This document shows, piece by piece, positions 61,491 to 64,000 of a DNA stretch of 64,000 nt (positions within the stretch are counted from its first letter, which is position 1; the number at the start of each line of letters is the position of its first letter). Source of the DNA: Nitrosopumilaceae archaeon. GTDB lineage: Archaea > Thermoproteota > Nitrososphaeria > Nitrososphaerales > Nitrosopumilaceae. The notes under the pieces were generated by a model, which saw nothing but the letters and a program-made list of their open reading frames with translations, had not been told where the DNA came from and made no database searches. The translations under genes and the position numbers were made by a program. The stretch spans positions 256,001-320,000 of the forward strand of contig OZ242365.1 in assembly GCA_965208905.1 (NCBI GenBank). Reading direction: 5' to 3'.

Positions 61491-62675
61491 CTAGGGGACA
61501 AACTTGTTGGGCATACGCAGAATCAGTCTGGCAACCTCGGGCCTCATAATAAATTCGGAGGGCATTATATTATTCTCCACCAACTCTCGTAGTTTCGTAC
61601 CACTGATGGTCACTCTGTCCTCAACATTGTGGGGACACACCTTGCTGTTGGTAAATGTAAGGCAACTACGACAGTAAAAGAAGGCAGGAAAGAAGATGGG
61701 TGCAATCTCCAAGTCCGGATAATCGTCAAATATTCGGTGCGCAGCAAACGGGTCATAAAAATTGCCTACACCAGCATGGTCTCGGCCTATGGCTATATGC
61801 GTGCAGCCATAGTTCTGGCGCATTATAGAGTGGTGTATGGCCTCTTTGGGCCCGGCGTACTTCATCTCTGTATGTAGTGTAGACATCTTGCATCGGTTGG
61901 TGGTGTAATAGTATAGTATCATCAGTTCATAGGATTTTATTATTACTTCGTTAGTAAAGTCGCCAGACTTTTTCTCTCCCACTATAGGACTCACAAATAC
62001 GCCATCACGAACGGTAATGGATGTCTTTTGTAGCATCTCATGAGCTACATGTGGAGGATTTCGCGTCTGAAACGCCACTATGGTCTTCCATCGCATATCA
62101 CTGAACATGTTTCTAGTCTCTATCGGGGTCAGGCGATGGCGGCGAAGCTCAGTCATGTAAGGGCGTTCCAGATATGTTATCTTGCCCCCCAAGGCGTACT
62201 TCTCCGTGGTGAGGGTCTTTGCCACTCCCGGATGTGAAGTGTCCATCGTGCCAAAGATTTTCTGTGCCATCTCTTTATGAGGAATCTCGAATAACTCATC
62301 TACATGTAGTACTGCATAATTATGTCTGTATGGGTCCTGCAACAAGACATCTCCAGCATCCTTTGCTTTTAGGGCCGTCATCTTGTCTACAGGAAATAGT
62401 ATGGGAACTGTCCAAGCGATATCGTTTGCTAGACGGCCTCGATTCATCACCGACTCCAAGTCTTGCGCCCCCATGAAACCTTCCAGAGGACTCATTATAC
62501 CATCGGCGATATTTTCAGCATCAGCAGCAAAGTCCGCCCCTGTCTTAATGGTAGGGATATCTCCAATGTTGATATTGCCAAATCGGTTTACCAGAGTACC
62601 TCCATGCGGGCGAATACCTTTACTTGATGCGGAAGAAGACTCCATTTTGGACTCTTTCATTGTAGTTTCAGACAT
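61491..62675 (-). CDS. sat: Sulfate adenylyltransferase
   Basis: [52 protein letters not shown]. Confidence 0.96.
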   Translation of the reverse strand: MSETTMKESKMESSSASSKGIRPHGGTLVNRFGNINIGDIPTIKTGADFAADAENIADGIMSPLEGFMGAQDLESVMNRGRLANDIAWTVPILFPVDKMTALKAKDAGDVLLQDPYRHNYAVLHVDELFEIPHKEMAQKIFGTMDTSHPGVAKTLTTEKYALGGKITYLERPYMTELRRHRLTPIETRNMFSDMRWKTIVAFQTRNPPHVAHEMLQKTSITVRDGVFVSPIVGEKKSGDFTNEVIIKSYELMILYYYTTNRCKMSTLHTEMKYAGPKEAIHHSIMRQNYGCTHIAIGRDHAGVGNFYDPFAAHRIFDDYPDLEIAPIFFPAFFYCRSCLTFTNSKVCPHNVEDRVTISGTKLRELVENNIMPSEFIMRPEVARLILRMPNKFVP

Positions 62676-63381
62676 CATGATGTAATCCACACTCCTTTAT
62701 ACCCTTCTCCCACCACCAGCGTCCAGCTCGCATATCTTCGCCGGGGTTGACTCTTCTAGTGCACGGTTCACACCCTATGCTAGGATATCCTTCATCTAGT
62801 AGTTGATTGTACGATAGATCATGCTCTTTTATGTACGACCAGACATCATCCCAACTCCAATTTATGATGGGATTTATCTTTAGTATATGATCATGAATGT
62901 GATCGATTTGAAACATAGAGGCATCCTGACGAGTCTGTGTCTGATCCCGTCGCAAGCCTGTAACCCAGCCATCCAATGTAGCCAACATCTTATTCATAGG
63001 TTGGACTTTACGTATATTACAACATAGCTTTCTATTCTCTATACTGTCATAGAATAGGTTCTGACCTTTGCTGTTCACCATATCTTGCACTTGTTTGGTG
63101 TCTGGAAAGAGTACTGTAATATTAGCACCATACTGCTTGCGGGCCACATCTATGGCAGTATGGGTGGCTTGTGGGAGGCGGCCAGTGTCCAGCGTAAAGA
63201 AGAGGAAGTCTGGGTTTATCTTTATGATTATATCCATAAGTACAGCATCTTCGGCACCAAAGCTGGACGCCTTGCCCACTCTAGGATGCAAATTCTCAGA
63301 TGCCCATGTAATAGCATCCTCGGCGGTGCATATCTCTGCATTCAGTTTTTCCACCATATCCGGGGTAAATCTCTTCAACAA
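62668..63381 (-). CDS. cysH: APS/PAPS reductase (Fe-S, APS type)
   Basis: [46 protein letters not shown]. Confidence 0.95.
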   Translation of the reverse strand: MLKRFTPDMVEKLNAEICTAEDAITWASENLHPRVGKASSFGAEDAVLMDIIIKINPDFLFFTLDTGRLPQATHTAIDVARKQYGANITVLFPDTKQVQDMVNSKGQNLFYDSIENRKLCCNIRKVQPMNKMLATLDGWVTGLRRDQTQTRQDASMFQIDHIHDHILKINPIINWSWDDVWSYIKEHDLSYNQLLDEGYPSIGCEPCTRRVNPGEDMRAGRWWWEKGIKECGLHHDV

Positions 63382-63633
63382 TACTCCATACTATATCGTT
63401 TTAATTTACCTTGTGATTTTGGGTTCATCTGCAGATGCACAACACTCCATATGGTGTGACATAAAACACGTAGTTAAACCCACTCTGCACGGTACAAGGG
63501 ACGATATGGCATTATTGTCCAAATACAGGCTTTGAAGATATGATCTGTACATCACATGTGATGTCTTTGGTGCCATCTGTAGACTGTATAGTTCTACAGG
63601 GGAATTCAGGTCTTGTACATGTCAAAAAACCTT

Positions 63634-64000
63634 TGTATTATGTCGAAATTATTTCGCCTAGTCATCGGTGTCCCTCTCCATCCATTCTAAGTCACTCTTC
63701 CTGACATCATCTGGTACTTTTTTGTTGTGAAATGCCTGTAGCGGGGTCTCGCCATTGTTTATGTCTAAAGACCAGTGCAGTCGCACCTCGTTGTAGTACG
63801 CGACAAACTCCGCTAGGCTGCCAAAATGACATAGTTCTTCTTCCAAGGTGCGGTGGAACCGTTCAAGCTTGCCGTTTGTTTGTGGGTGGTAGGGGCGGAT
63901 GTTGATCAACTCAATACCCCGGTCAAGCAGCTCTGCCTCAAATATAGTGGGGGTCCATGATTTTGCAGGAATCTTTCTTCTCACACCCACAAAGCACGAT
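63634..64000 (-). mobile_element. IS481-family transposase C-terminus and right terminal repeat (runs off window)
   Basis: RPYHPQTNGKLERFHRTL, YYNEVRLHWSL, TP; end sequence TGTATTATGTCGAAATTATTTCGC begins with the TGT typical of IS481. Confidence 0.85.

Noticed and set aside
1069-63535. Numerous antisense or shadow ORFs in the supplied track
   Set aside because: They overlap well-supported genes and carry no recognisable motifs

Overview
Archaeal chromosomal segment, most consistent with a Nitrosopumilaceae/Cenarchaeum-like ammonia-oxidising thaumarchaeon (Nitrososphaerota). Support: archaeal RFC-L, RPA/SSB, Sm, ESCRT-III (CdvB-like), NEMF/RqcH, archaeal GlyRS and AcnX-type mevalonate enzymes, together with bacterial-type MetK and a grpE-dnaK-dnaJ operon. 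Mostly housekeeping: cobalamin genes in two blocks (cbiA/C/X/G/D and cbiF/L/T, plus hemB), SAM and sulfur metabolism (mtnA, metK, sat, cysH), repair (Lhr, RadA paralogue, nfo, nth) and four tRNAs (Arg-UCG, Gln-UUG, Leu-CAG, Gly-CCC). Many intergenic spacers hold decayed IS elements (TnpB/IS200-605, IS3, IS5, IS481) and gene fragments, suggesting a host-associated, eroding genome. Most notable: (i) a 371-aa hypothetical protein with the motif order of a class I isoprenoid (trans-prenyltransferase/terpene synthase) fold, coupled to RFC-L; (ii) a Ddl-like ATP-grasp ligase fused to an M20 domain lacking most metal ligands; (iii) a glutamate racemase homologue with both catalytic Cys replaced by Ser; (iv) a TnpB 3'-end/omega-RNA relic. 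All calls come from reading motifs by eye; no database searches were run.
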